A stretch of DNA of 64,000 bases from an uncultured Muribaculaceae bacterium (GCA_964607675.1 CAZSLC010000011.1:347-64346), one strand, 5' to 3'. Numbered from the stretch's first letter, positions 1 to 9,959 are shown. The notes: generated by a model not told the origin, from the sequence alone. Numbers and translations: made by a program.

Positions 1-1614
1 GATCCACAACCAACTATTTCACCTGAACATATTATTTTCTGGAGGCAACTCTCCACGTACTACCTATGCACAATCGGAGATGTATTCAAGGCAGCCTGCC
101 CAAAGACACTCACACTATCCGAAAAACAGCTACATGCATCTGAACCAAAAGGAGAACATCGCCCCATCGCTCCAATGTCCGAACCATCCATGGAACAAGA
201 GGATGAATTTGGTGGTCTTAACACCAATATTGAGAAGCCTATCAATCCAATGAGGGAACTCACTGCTGAACAAGAGGTGGCATTTAAAGAGATAAAAACC
301 CATTTCTCTAACAACAAGACGACACTGCTTACAGGGGAGAATGGTTCAGGAAAAATGGAGATAGCTCTCCATCTGATAGCAGAGTGCCTCAACAAAGGGG
401 AAAACGCCCTTCTCCTTGTCCCCACCATCAACGAATCAAAGAGGGTAGTAAAAAGGCTTGAAAAGTGTTTTGGCGAAAGCCTGATAGTCTATAATTCCAA
501 TCAGACCATTGCAAAGCGCAAACAAGCAGTTGCAACCCTCTCTGCACAGAACTCAAATCAGGGTAGAATTGCGCCTAAGGTCATTTTAGGACTACGATCC
601 TCACTATTTCTACCCATCAGCCACCTCGGTCTGATAGTGGTGACCAACGAGCATAATCCATTTTACAAACAAGAAGAACCTGCCCCAAGATTCAATGCAC
701 GCGATGCAGCCTCAATGTTAGCTAAAATAATAAATACCAAGTTTTTAATCACATCCCCCACCCCATCATTTGAAAGCATTACCAATGTAGAAAGTGGCAA
801 ATACAAAAAAGTCATCATCAATAAAAGGGTGCTGTCGCAGAATATAGAGACCATATTAACCGATTTAAAGAAGGAGAGATTCTCAAAAGGAAATAAAATA
901 TTCTCTGGAATAGCTATTCAATCCGTTAATAGAGCAATCGAATCTGGGGAGAAAATACTCATATTTTCAGGTAAATACCCATTCTTCACCAAAGAAGAGA
1001 TTGTTGCAGAATTGACGAACCGCATCACAATTCGAGATGAGAAAAAAAATAAAATTTCAAATGCAATACTTTTAAGGGAGAGTGCTGAAATCGAGCAAGA
1101 AGAGATAAAAAGACTCTCTGTCATCGTCATCATCAAAGGGGAAGCTCTCCTTAGCACCAAAAGTTTTAGAAGCGACGAAAGGGGTATTCAACTTTTCAAT
1201 TCGATAAAAAGCCTAATTACCAACCCTTCGGGAAAAATGATAATACAAACTTTTCATCCTGAGAATCAAGTATTCCAAGCATTAACTGGACAATCTATTG
1301 ATAAAATGCTTCAAGAAAGAAAGGATTTCCAATATCCTCCCTTTTCAAAGGCTATTACTATTTCAATTAGAGACAAATACACACAGAGATTGCTACGAAC
1401 AACAAACGACGTGGAAAAGATAATTAAGAACATTCACATTGACAATGTAATGGGACCTACAGACAACACTCCAATAGATTTTAAAGGCACATATTGCCAA
1501 ATGTTTCAACTTATGCTTCCTAAAAGCAAGGAAACAGAAAAGATCAAACAACGTCTAAAAAGTGAGATAGATCTACTCGAAAGAGATATAATAATAGATG
1601 TTGACCCTATCTAA
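1..1614 (+). CDS. priA: PriA-like primosomal protein N' (replication-restart helicase), 5'-partial, with non-canonical ATPase motifs
   Basis: Frame 1 is open from nt 1 (..FWRQLSTYYLCTIGDVFKAACP.., PriA N-terminal-type sequence), so the ATG at 175 is internal. The helicase core is recognisable: GENGSGKM (Walker A-like), VVTNEHNPFYKQEE (DEEH position), SPTPSFES and C-terminal QYPPFS. Confidence 0.7.
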   Translation, partial: DPQPTISPEHIIFWRQLSTYYLCTIGDVFKAACPKTLTLSEKQLHASEPKGEHRPIAPMSEPSMEQEDEFGGLNTNIEKPINPMRELTAEQEVAFKEIKTHFSNNKTTLLTGENGSGKMEIALHLIAECLNKGENALLLVPTINESKRVVKRLEKCFGESLIVYNSNQTIAKRKQAVATLSAQNSNQGRIAPKVILGLRSSLFLPISHLGLIVVTNEHNPFYKQEEPAPRFNARDAASMLAKIINTKFLITSPTPSFESITNVESGKYKKVIINKRVLSQNIETILTDLKKERFSKGNKIFSGIAIQSVNRAIESGEKILIFSGKYPFFTKEEIVAELTNRITIRDEKKNKISNAILLRESAEIEQEEIKRLSVIVIIKGEALLSTKSFRSDERGIQLFNSIKSLITNPSGKMIIQTFHPENQVFQALTGQSIDKMLQERKDFQYPPFSKAITISIRDKYTQRLLRTTNDVEKIIKNIHIDNVMGPTDNTPIDFKGTYCQMFQLMLPKSKETEKIKQRLKSEIDLLERDIIIDVDPI

Positions 1615-2551
1615 AGTCCTCACCTACAATTACACTAAGAGACTTGGGAAGTACCTCAAGATAAAGAGGAGTAGTCCCAACGATCTCTCCGTCCACCTCA
1701 ACCATATCCTCCACATCAGAGACAATATCTATTCTCCTTCCCCTTGTAGAAATAACATATTTTTTAATAGAGAGAATATCTCCCGAGAACAATTTTTTAA
1801 ACTCCTTTAATATTACAAAAATTGAACATTTTTTAATAACAGTCAAATCTACCAACCCATCGTTAATGACTGCATTCGGTGTTTGGATCATTCCACCACC
1901 ACTATATTTCCCATTTCCAAAAGCTACAGAAAACACTTTTCCTTCAAAAAAGGTAGCTCCGTCAACTATAATTTTATATTGTTTTGCCTTATGATTGAAC
2001 AGAGCCCTTGCCCCCCCCCGTAGATATACATTGTCTCCCCTCACCCCGTTCTCTTTTAATATGTTACAATATAAGCTGACCATTGCATCAAATCCAACTC
2101 CTGCAATGTTAGCCATAAACCTTGTTTTCTGCACCTTTGACTCAGATATATGAAATCTAACAATATCTTGAACACTTCTTTTACCCTCTGCAATTGCTTT
2201 GATTGAGGAGTCGTAGTCTTTTGTTATCCCGAAACTCTTTATTAAATCATTGCCAGATCCTCCTGGAATAATTGCAAGTGTGATTTCACAAGGGTCTTTA
2301 TATTTTTGAGTAAAAATACCATTGACTATTTCATTCATAGTCCCATCTCCTCCAATTGAAATAATATTAACATACCCATTTCTAATTGAATTGATTGTTA
2401 GCTCTATAGAATGATATCTGTGCGTTGTAAAAGCCACATCGTATGAGATACCAGCACCAATCAATTTATTAGAAATGACAGGCCAGTCACTCAACATTTT
2501 TCCCCCTCCTGCTTTTGGATTAGCAATAACCATCCATTTTGATTGCACCAT
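1607..2551 (-). CDS. Diacylglycerol/lipid kinase family protein (YegS-like)
   Basis: Motifs GGDGTMNEIVNG and IIPGGSGND. I moved the start to ATG 2551 (MVQSKWMVIANPKAGGGK). The longer ORF to 2776 adds a Cys-rich extension that overlaps parA. A TAGTTTTG -7 box lies 17 nt upstream of 2551. Confidence 0.85.
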   Translation of the reverse strand: MVQSKWMVIANPKAGGGKMLSDWPVISNKLIGAGISYDVAFTTHRYHSIELTINSIRNGYVNIISIGGDGTMNEIVNGIFTQKYKDPCEITLAIIPGGSGNDLIKSFGITKDYDSSIKAIAEGKRSVQDIVRFHISESKVQKTRFMANIAGVGFDAMVSLYCNILKENGVRGDNVYLRGGARALFNHKAKQYKIIVDGATFFEGKVFSVAFGNGKYSGGGMIQTPNAVINDGLVDLTVIKKCSIFVILKEFKKLFSGDILSIKKYVISTRGRRIDIVSDVEDMVEVDGEIVGTTPLYLEVLPKSLSVIVGEDFR

Positions 2552-2568
2552 AAGAATAAAAATGAATA

Positions 2569-2576
2569 CAAAACTA
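2569..2576 (-). promoter_or_regulatory. Bacteroidota-type -7 promoter box (TAGTTTTG) for the lipid kinase gene
   Basis: Exact TAnnTTTG match on the minus strand, 17 nt upstream of ATG 2551. Confidence 0.45.
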
Positions 2577-2607
2577 ACATATTTATCGTTTAGAGAAAAA
2601 GATTTTG

Positions 2608-2615
2608 TAAATTTG
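2608..2615 (+). promoter_or_regulatory. Bacteroidota-type -7 promoter box (TAAATTTG) for parA-parB
   Basis: Exact TAnnTTTG match, 35 nt upstream of ATG 2651. Confidence 0.45.
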
Positions 2616-2650
2616 CCCACTAACAATATCAACATTGAACACATAATCGT

Positions 2651-3418
2651 ATGGGTAAAGTTATTGCAATAGCAAACCAAAAAGGTGGCGTTGGGAAAAC
2701 AACAACAGCAATTAATCTTGCAGCATCTCTTTCTGTCCTTGAAAAGAAGACACTTCTGATAGATGCCGACCCACAAGCAAATACCACTTCTGGACTCAAT
2801 TTTGACCCCGATTCTAACTCAAAAAAAACATTGTACGAGGTTTTAATTGGAGAGCGAGATCTTAAAGACATTATTCTTAGCACAGAGATAAAAGGTCTTA
2901 AGCTTATTCCATCTCACATCAATCTTGTTGGTGCCGAAATAGAGATGCTCAATCTTGAAGATAGAGAATCTGTAATGAAGAATGAACTTCATACCATCGT
3001 TAATGATTTTGATTACATAATTATTGACTGCTCTCCCTCTCTTGGATTAATCACCATAAACTCATTGACAGCTGCCGATTCAGTAATAATACCAGTTCAA
3101 TGTGAGTTCTTTGCCCTTGAGGGTCTTGGCAAATTGCTAAATACCATCAAATTGGTCCAAAACAGACTCAATAAATCATTAAAAATAGAGGGTTTCCTCC
3201 TTACTATGTTTGATGGAAGACTAAGACTCGCCAACCAAGTTGTCGAAGAAGTTAGGCATCATTTTGGAGAGATGGTGTTCAACACAATAATTCAGAGGAA
3301 TGTTAGATTAAGCGAAGCTCCTTCTCATGGAAAGCCTGTGATACTATACGATGCCATTTCCGTAGGAAGTAACAACTATCTAAACCTTGCTAAAGAAATT
3401 ATCAATAAGAAAGGATAA
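2651..3418 (+). CDS. parA: Chromosome partitioning ATPase ParA/Soj
   Basis: Deviant Walker [27 protein letters not shown], full-length ParA-like sequence, immediately followed by parB. Confidence 0.95.
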   Translation: MGKVIAIANQKGGVGKTTTAINLAASLSVLEKKTLLIDADPQANTTSGLNFDPDSNSKKTLYEVLIGERDLKDIILSTEIKGLKLIPSHINLVGAEIEMLNLEDRESVMKNELHTIVNDFDYIIIDCSPSLGLITINSLTAADSVIIPVQCEFFALEGLGKLLNTIKLVQNRLNKSLKIEGFLLTMFDGRLRLANQVVEEVRHHFGEMVFNTIIQRNVRLSEAPSHGKPVILYDAISVGSNNYLNLAKEIINKKG

Positions 3419-3421
3419 AAT

Positions 3422-4321
3422 ATGGCAAAAAAGTTAGCTCTTGGAAAAGGATTAAGTGCTTTAATATCTGATGCTGTAGGGGAAAACATATCTCACTCAG
3501 CTGATTTTTCTTCTTCACAAGAGGGCTATACATCTATAACAGATATTCCTATTGACAGGGTAGTAACTAACCCCTACCAACCGAGAGCGACATTTGACGA
3601 AGAGGCCCTTGAAGATTTATCAGAGTCTATTAAAACTCTTGGCCTAATTCAGCCAATTACAGTAAGAAGAGTTGGAAATAATTTTCAAATAATTAGTGGA
3701 GAAAGAAGGTTCCGAGCATCTCAGATGGCAGGTTTGAAATATATACCTGCATATATCAGAGAAGCAGATGACCAGGGGATGTTAGAGATGGCCATTGTTG
3801 AGAACATACAGAGACAAGATCTTGACGCAATAGAAATTGCTATCAGTTTTAAAAGATTAATAGACGAATGCAATCTCACTCAAGAGGGTATGGCAGACAG
3901 AGTTGGAAAAAAAAGGGCAACTGTCACAAATTATCTCAGACTACTTAAATTGCCAGCTCATGTGCAAGCCGCTATAAGGCATAAATTGATATCTATGGGG
4001 CATGCAAAAGCCCTTCTATCAATTGAAGATGAACAACTGCAACTACAATTGTGTGAGTCAATCATCACCAAAGACTTATCCGTAAGACAATTAGAATCTA
4101 AAATCAAAGATGCCTGCAACGATAAACCATCTTTACAAAAAAACGACAAAAAAGAGATTACTCAATCACTTTCTGATGTTTCCAACATATTGGGCAAATT
4201 TTTCAATAACAAGGTAAACATTAAACGCAACAGCAAAGGTAGAGGGAGTATCACTCTCAACTTCTCAAATGATTACGAGATAGAACTCTTCTTAAAAGCT
4301 CTTAAGAATATTAATTCATAA
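3422..4321 (+). CDS. parB: Chromosome partitioning protein ParB/Spo0J
   Basis: ParB box IISGERRFRAS, QPRATFDEEALEDLSESIKTLGLIQPITVR, HTH segment LTQEGMADRVGKKRATVTNYLRLLKLP. Confidence 0.95.
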   Translation: MAKKLALGKGLSALISDAVGENISHSADFSSSQEGYTSITDIPIDRVVTNPYQPRATFDEEALEDLSESIKTLGLIQPITVRRVGNNFQIISGERRFRASQMAGLKYIPAYIREADDQGMLEMAIVENIQRQDLDAIEIAISFKRLIDECNLTQEGMADRVGKKRATVTNYLRLLKLPAHVQAAIRHKLISMGHAKALLSIEDEQLQLQLCESIITKDLSVRQLESKIKDACNDKPSLQKNDKKEITQSLSDVSNILGKFFNNKVNIKRNSKGRGSITLNFSNDYEIELFLKALKNINS

Positions 4322-4333
4322 CATTTTTAGTAA

Positions 4334-5266
4334 GTGTACCGCAAAATATTATTAACCATTTTTTCAATTGCAATATGCATCCAATCTTCAGCACAATTTG
4401 GTGGTGTAGGGGGCTTTGGCGGTATTGGCAACAATCAAAATGGTCAAACTCAAGAGGCGGTGAACGACTCAATTCCTGCTGCAAAGTTATTTTCATTTAA
4501 ACAATATTTCAATGCTCTCTCTCATCGTGATACTATGAAAGTATCTTGGATGTTCTTTGGTTCTTTGGTGCTTCCTGGCACTGCTCAAATATATAATAAA
4601 GACTATTGGAAACTTCCTATCCTTTACGCTGGAGTTGGAGGGATGATTTACGGCGGTTGGCAAAGTAATATCAACTACCAAAAGACTGGAAATGACCGCT
4701 ATGCCCTAAATAGAGATCTTTTTTACATGGGTGCTGCATTTATATATTGGGGTTCACTAATGGATGGTGTAGTATCTTATAAGTCCAAACAGAATCATGA
4801 TCCTGGTAGAGCAGCACTATTCTCAGCACTTCTTCCAGGGCTGGGGCAAGCCTATAACGGTGACTATTGGAAGATTCCCATTTTCTATGGAGCATTGGCA
4901 ACATCTGGATACCTGTGGGGCTACAACAATAAACAGTATTGCAGGTATCGTGATTTATACAATGTTGTGACATCACCAAACAATACATACGAAGGGACAG
5001 AATCAGAAAGCACCATAAAATACTATAGAGATTACTACAGGAGATTTAGGGACTACTCAGTTCTTGCCACATTTGTCCTATATGTTTTACAAATAATAGA
5101 TGCAGATGTCTTCGCAACCATGGGCGATTTTGAAGTAACCAATGACCTGACACTTGGTATTAAACCTGGAATAATTGAGCCAGTAAATACCCCAAATATT
5201 AACTCTTACGCATCTACATACAATAGTTCGGCTGTAGGTGTGAAACTAAAATTAACTTTTAAATAA
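4334..5266 (+). CDS. DUF5683-like membrane/secreted protein (conserved parB neighbour in Bacteroidota)
   Basis: GTG start and signal peptide MYRKILLTIFSIAICIQSSAQ. Internal duplication: PGTAQIYNKDYWKLPILYAG / PGLGQAYNGDYWKIPIFYGA. The position downstream of parB matches Bacteroidales synteny as I recall it. Confidence 0.6.
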   Translation: MYRKILLTIFSIAICIQSSAQFGGVGGFGGIGNNQNGQTQEAVNDSIPAAKLFSFKQYFNALSHRDTMKVSWMFFGSLVLPGTAQIYNKDYWKLPILYAGVGGMIYGGWQSNINYQKTGNDRYALNRDLFYMGAAFIYWGSLMDGVVSYKSKQNHDPGRAALFSALLPGLGQAYNGDYWKIPIFYGALATSGYLWGYNNKQYCRYRDLYNVVTSPNNTYEGTESESTIKYYRDYYRRFRDYSVLATFVLYVLQIIDADVFATMGDFEVTNDLTLGIKPGIIEPVNTPNINSYASTYNSSAVGVKLKLTFK

Positions 5267-5267
5267 A

Positions 5268-6887
5268 ATGAAACGATTCCTTATTTGCACCCTTACACTA
5301 TTTGTAATTTTCACATCCATTGAAGGACAAGAGAAAAAAAACACTTTCTCGTCTCTCTTCAAAAGTAAAGAGACAAAGAAGGAGTTGAGAAAGCAACGCG
5401 ACTCTTTATTGTTATTAGTTGATTCACTTAAATTTGAAGTTGAAAATTTACAAATTGCTTCAGATTCTCCAGCAATAGCAATGGAAGAGGATACATTGAA
5501 CATCAGCACTACAGAAGAAATAGAGTTATCTATCATAGAGAGAGACTCCCTATTAAATGAATGGTATGAACAAAAGAGACTTCCCTTGATAAATGATCGT
5601 TTCGTCGAACTTGACACCTGTGAATTAACCTCCAACATACCCGATTCACTTATCCTTGAACGTCTTAGAAAGATGAATTCATTTATCTCTTTGCCATACA
5701 ACAAGTCGATAAGAAATCAGATTATATACTACACACAAAGGATTCCATCAAGTGTAGAGAAAATGATAGGGCTTTCATATGTTTACATGCCTATTTTTGA
5801 AGAAATATTTGATCAATACGACCTGCCAAAGGAACTTAAGGCCATGGCTATTATTGAATCATTTCTTAATCCAGTTGCTGTTTCACGGGCAAGGGCAAGG
5901 GGAATGTGGCAATTTATGTACACTACAGCCTTAAGATACAATCTCACCATCAACTCTTATGTTGACGAGAGGTATGATCCTATCAAATCAGCACATGCTG
6001 CTGCACAATATCTAAGCGACTCCTACAAAATTTTCGGAGATTGGCCATTGGCTATCGCCTCATATAATTGCGGCGCAGGTAATGTTTTAAAGGCTATCAG
6101 ACGCTCAGGTGGTGGTAAAGATTTTTGGGATATTTATGATTATCTACCAAGAGAAACGAGGGGATATGTTCCATCATTTGTGGCGGCTTTATATACTATC
6201 ACCTACTACAAAGAGCATGGGCTCAACCCCGTACCAGCTACATTGCCCATCCATCTGGACACACTTAAAATTAATAAGATGCTCCATTTCGAGCAAATTT
6301 CACATTTTACTGGGCTAAGAGTTGAAGAGATAAAAGTGTTAAACCCACAATACCTACATGATATAATTCCTGGTGTAGAGAAAGAGTATATATTGAGACT
6401 TCCCCTATCTGTAGTCCCTTCATTTATAGATCACGAAGAAGAGATATACGAATACAATGATTCACTCTATTTCAACTCAACCACCCTTAAAAAAATCAAA
6501 GAAACGGGATCTACATCGTCAGATAGAATCGTACACAAAGTTAAGAAAGGAGAGACCCTGGGACATATTGCAATACGTTACGGAGTATCTGTCAGCTCCA
6601 TCAAACGATGGAACAATATAGGGAATACCATAAGAATCAATCAAAGATTGGTGATATACACCAGAGGTAAGGGGCCAACTCAGTCATCATCAAATAGCTC
6701 AAGTAAAGTCACAACCACCAATTCTAAGGGATATGTAATATATACGGTAAAAAGAGGTGACAACCTTTGGGAAATTGCAAAGAATTTCCCTGGAGTTAGT
6801 GCCAACAACATTATGGAACTCAATGGTATGACTTCAAGTTCAAAGATTTTACCAGGAATGAAATTGAAAATTAAAAAGTCAAATTAA
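5268..6887 (+). CDS. Lytic murein transglycosylase (MltD-like SLT domain) with two C-terminal LysM domains
   Basis: Signal peptide. SLT catalytic region AIIESFLNPVAVSRARARGMWQFM..ASYNCGAGNV. Two LysM repeats: HKVKKGETLGHIAIRYGVSVSSIKRWNNI and YTVKRGDNLWEIAKNFPGVSANNIMELNGM. Confidence 0.85.
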   Translation: MKRFLICTLTLFVIFTSIEGQEKKNTFSSLFKSKETKKELRKQRDSLLLLVDSLKFEVENLQIASDSPAIAMEEDTLNISTTEEIELSIIERDSLLNEWYEQKRLPLINDRFVELDTCELTSNIPDSLILERLRKMNSFISLPYNKSIRNQIIYYTQRIPSSVEKMIGLSYVYMPIFEEIFDQYDLPKELKAMAIIESFLNPVAVSRARARGMWQFMYTTALRYNLTINSYVDERYDPIKSAHAAAQYLSDSYKIFGDWPLAIASYNCGAGNVLKAIRRSGGGKDFWDIYDYLPRETRGYVPSFVAALYTITYYKEHGLNPVPATLPIHLDTLKINKMLHFEQISHFTGLRVEEIKVLNPQYLHDIIPGVEKEYILRLPLSVVPSFIDHEEEIYEYNDSLYFNSTTLKKIKETGSTSSDRIVHKVKKGETLGHIAIRYGVSVSSIKRWNNIGNTIRINQRLVIYTRGKGPTQSSSNSSSKVTTTNSKGYVIYTVKRGDNLWEIAKNFPGVSANNIMELNGMTSSSKILPGMKLKIKKSN

Positions 6888-8817
6888 ATTCTAATTTAAA
6901 ATTCAATATATTCTTTACTCTATCAAATAGTTTTATATATGAGACCTTAAAATAGAGCCCCATCCAATGGCAAGGTTTATATTTAAAATTGGAATACACC
7001 GAAAGGCCTCTTCCATACATTGCAGGCACTGCAAAAGATTTGGGAAGGTCTTTTTCGTAAGTATATATTCTATCATCCCAATTGTCAATATGAAATGCAC
7101 TTGTCCTAATTGAAGCACCGAATTTATTATTTTTATTAATAAAATTGAAATCAAGATAACAAAGAGCCCCAATTGTAAATTTATTCTCAACAGACTTCGA
7201 ACAATTGACCTCCCCTCTTGCAGAAATGGTAAAGAGTTCACTAAGATTTGTTGTATAATGAACTCTTAATCCACCTTTATTGATATTTTCATAATCTCTA
7301 TAGTAATATGACAATCTGCCATATATACTACTTATACTATTTATTGAGTATTCTACTTGGCCACTCGCTTTAATTACAAAAGACTGAGAATCAATCCCAA
7401 ATCTCTTCCATGGATAATAAATAAAATCACCAACCATTGAGATTGATAATGACCTTGAAGGGTTCCATAACCCATTTAGCACAACTCCATACTCATTGGA
7501 TATTCTTGAGGAAGAGGAGTATCCACCTGAATGTAACCCAATATATCGTTTAGAATAGTACCTCGGAAGAATAGAGAGTTCGAAGGCTGAAGAGGGAGAA
7601 TAAACTCCCCCCGCAAGAAGTGCAACACCTCCCCCTCTATCTAAGGCAAATTCCCCGAAGAGGCGGTATTTACCTCCAAAGAAAAAAACTGCATCTAAAG
7701 AGACATTTCCCCACCATCCCTCAAATTGGTGAAATTGGTTGTAGTCCCGCACTTCGATCCCATTTTTCTTATCAAACCTGTAAACAGCCACCGTAGCCCC
7801 TATTTTAGCCCCTTCCATTCTATATGAACAATTGCCACCAACAAGATATTCCACCAATTTTTTTCTTGTTGCAATGGTTGAGATGGTGTTGTGCAAACCT
7901 CCAGAGGGGAGGGAGGTATAATAATCACCCTCGATCTTTGCATCTCGACATCGCCTTGATGCAAAGAGTGAAAATTTCCAACTCCTTCCAATCTCCGTGG
8001 TGAGCCCAACCCCTCTGAAATAATTTGACTCATCTGTTGATGAATAGGGAATAATTGCAGACTCTTTTCGATAAATGGCAGAAGGGGCACCGTGGGAAGA
8101 GAGGGAGAATGAGTTCCATAGTACCAATCCTTGTCCAAACCTAACCGAGAAATCTCCCAGAACAAGATTCTTTATCAATATTGATTTCGATATTCTGATA
8201 TCGGAGAATGCAATATGCGCAGAGCTGAAATCTGGGTAAAAAGGCTCGCCAGAGTCGTTTTCCATGGTAATGCCAAGTTTGATTTTGTCCCCATATCCAA
8301 ATTTGTATTTTACTAAAAAATAATAGGGCACACCATATTTATACTCCTCATGCAGCCTATGCTTTGACCTGAATATCAATTCGTTTGAGATATAATCCCT
8401 CTTCGATGATGCAATATTTTTACTTTTATAAAATGTAATAAAAGGGAGAATTTCCTTCACAACATTGTCATTAAACCCATCTACCAACGAAAGTTCCCCC
8501 TCTGAGAGAATCTCTCCATACTCTTTTCTATACTCCAAGAGGCTGACAATTTGAAATGGAGATAATAATCCAAAATTCTCCAATTGAGATTGTGATGCTT
8601 TGTTGATATTTATCTGATGTTCCAGAAGATATTCAAAGTATGCCATCATTGACTCCATATCTCCCCCCCCTTCTGCACACTTTTGCTCAATTCGAAGGAT
8701 AAACGAATCAGGCAATTTTTGCCCATAAGTTGCGATATGTGCTGAGCCAATCCAAAAAACTATAAATATGGATACAAATATCCAATTAAATTTAATCCCC
8801 TCTAATCTCCCCCTCAT
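6871..8817 (-). CDS. Helix-hairpin-helix domain protein fused to a large putative outer-membrane beta-barrel
   Basis: Signal peptide. ComEA-like HhH segment NKASQSQLENFGLLSPFQIVSLLEYRKEYGEILSEGELSLVDGF. About 500 aa of alternating aromatic strands ending in ..FKLEFNLTF (C-terminal Phe). Confidence 0.55.
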   Translation of the reverse strand: MRGRLEGIKFNWIFVSIFIVFWIGSAHIATYGQKLPDSFILRIEQKCAEGGGDMESMMAYFEYLLEHQININKASQSQLENFGLLSPFQIVSLLEYRKEYGEILSEGELSLVDGFNDNVVKEILPFITFYKSKNIASSKRDYISNELIFRSKHRLHEEYKYGVPYYFLVKYKFGYGDKIKLGITMENDSGEPFYPDFSSAHIAFSDIRISKSILIKNLVLGDFSVRFGQGLVLWNSFSLSSHGAPSAIYRKESAIIPYSSTDESNYFRGVGLTTEIGRSWKFSLFASRRCRDAKIEGDYYTSLPSGGLHNTISTIATRKKLVEYLVGGNCSYRMEGAKIGATVAVYRFDKKNGIEVRDYNQFHQFEGWWGNVSLDAVFFFGGKYRLFGEFALDRGGGVALLAGGVYSPSSAFELSILPRYYSKRYIGLHSGGYSSSSRISNEYGVVLNGLWNPSRSLSISMVGDFIYYPWKRFGIDSQSFVIKASGQVEYSINSISSIYGRLSYYYRDYENINKGGLRVHYTTNLSELFTISARGEVNCSKSVENKFTIGALCYLDFNFINKNNKFGASIRTSAFHIDNWDDRIYTYEKDLPKSFAVPAMYGRGLSVYSNFKYKPCHWMGLYFKVSYIKLFDRVKNILNFKLEFNLTF

Positions 8818-8833
8818 ATCATTAAATTAAATA

Positions 8834-9346
8834 TTAGTCTATTTTAAATTTGTATTTTATCTCCTTAAGCTCTTTATTGGCTTTAACTATTTTGCCTGCC
8901 AATTCTGATTTGAATTTTATCATTTTTCTCATCAATTCAGGATCACCCACTGCCATAATTTGGAGAGCAAGAATTGCTGCGTTTTTTGCCCCATCAAGGG
9001 CGACAGTGGCCACAGGTATTCCAGATGGCATTTGAAGAATCGATAGAACCGAATCCCACCCATCCATCGAATTAGAAGATTTAATTGGAACTCCAATCAC
9101 AGGGAGAGGGGTAAGTGCAGCTATAATACCAGGGAGATGTGCAGCACCTCCAGCTCCTGCAATAATAACCTTGATTCCTCTATCATAGGCTCCTTTAGCA
9201 AAATCCACCACTTGCTCAGGGACGCGGTGAGCAGATAAAGCATTCACCTCAAAAGGGATCTCCATTTCATTTAGAAAGTCAGCAGCCTGTTTTAGAATCG
9301 GCATATCCGATGTACTACCCATAATAATTGAAACCTTTGGTATCAT
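8834..9346 (-). CDS. purE: 5-(carboxyamino)imidazole ribonucleotide mutase PurE
   Basis: IIMGSTSDMPILKQAADFL..SAHRVPEQV..IIAGAGGAAHLPGIIAALTPLPVIGVP; length 170 aa. Confidence 0.92.
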   Translation of the reverse strand: MIPKVSIIMGSTSDMPILKQAADFLNEMEIPFEVNALSAHRVPEQVVDFAKGAYDRGIKVIIAGAGGAAHLPGIIAALTPLPVIGVPIKSSNSMDGWDSVLSILQMPSGIPVATVALDGAKNAAILALQIMAVGDPELMRKMIKFKSELAGKIVKANKELKEIKYKFKID

Positions 9347-9370
9347 AACTTTACGATTTTATATATTTAA

Positions 9371-9378
9371 CAAAATTA
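9371..9378 (-). promoter_or_regulatory. -7 promoter box (TAATTTTG) for purE
   Basis: Exact TAnnTTTG on the minus strand, 24 nt upstream of ATG 9346. Confidence 0.45.
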
Positions 9379-9383
9379 ATGCT

Positions 9384-9391
9384 TAATTTTG
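9384..9391 (+). promoter_or_regulatory. -7 promoter box (TAATTTTG) for the hpt-adk-obg string
   Basis: Exact TAnnTTTG, 22 nt upstream of ATG 9414. Confidence 0.45.
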
Positions 9392-9413
9392 CACCAGCAA
9401 AAAAAACATCAAC

Positions 9414-9959
9414 ATGAAATGTATCAAACTTCACGACAAATATTTTAAGCCCTTTATAACTAATCAAGATATCGAAAAGGCCATTAAAGCTGTTGCTGAT
9501 AATCTAAATCACGACTATGCAGAGACAGACGACGATCCTCCAGTATTATTGAGTGTCTTAAATGGTTCGTTTATGTTCACAGCCTCTCTCGTTAAATACC
9601 TCAAATTTCAAGCTGTAATAGCTTTCATAAAGGTGTCCTCATATTGTGGCACAAAATCAAATGGAAAAGTAAAACAGATCATTGGGTTAAAAGACGATCT
9701 TAAAGGTAAGAGGGTAGTCATAGTCGAGGATATTGTTGAATCGGGGAATACCATTTGCGAACTCCATAGACTTCTTAATGAGGCTGGGGTGCGGGATATT
9801 AAAATTTGCACTCTTCTATTCAAACCAGACTCCTATAAAAAAGAGCACAATATTGACTATCCTGCCATAAAGATTCCAAATGACTTTATAGTGGGATTTG
9901 GACTTGACTACAACGAGTTGGGGAGACAATATGAAGATTTATACATAATTGACGAATAA
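9414..9959 (+). CDS. hpt: Hypoxanthine(-guanine) phosphoribosyltransferase
   Basis: PRPP-binding motif RVVIVEDIVESGNT; GFGLDYNELGRQYEDLY C-terminus; 181 aa. Confidence 0.9.
   Translation: MKCIKLHDKYFKPFITNQDIEKAIKAVADNLNHDYAETDDDPPVLLSVLNGSFMFTASLVKYLKFQAVIAFIKVSSYCGTKSNGKVKQIIGLKDDLKGKRVVIVEDIVESGNTICELHRLLNEAGVRDIKICTLLFKPDSYKKEHNIDYPAIKIPNDFIVGFGLDYNELGRQYEDLYIIDE

Noticed and set aside
1-4. The window starts with GATC (a Sau3AI/MboI/BamHI-compatible site), which could indicate a clone-insert end
   Set aside because: A 4-mer at one end is expected by chance at appreciable frequency, and the other end shows nothing comparable. It says nothing about the biology.
1607-2776. Long form of the minus-strand ORF (389 aa) extending into parA
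   Set aside because: The extra 75 N-terminal residues are Cys-rich, low-complexity sequence overlapping the parA start and promoter. The kinase-like sequence, a -7 box and an ATG all fit a start at 2551.
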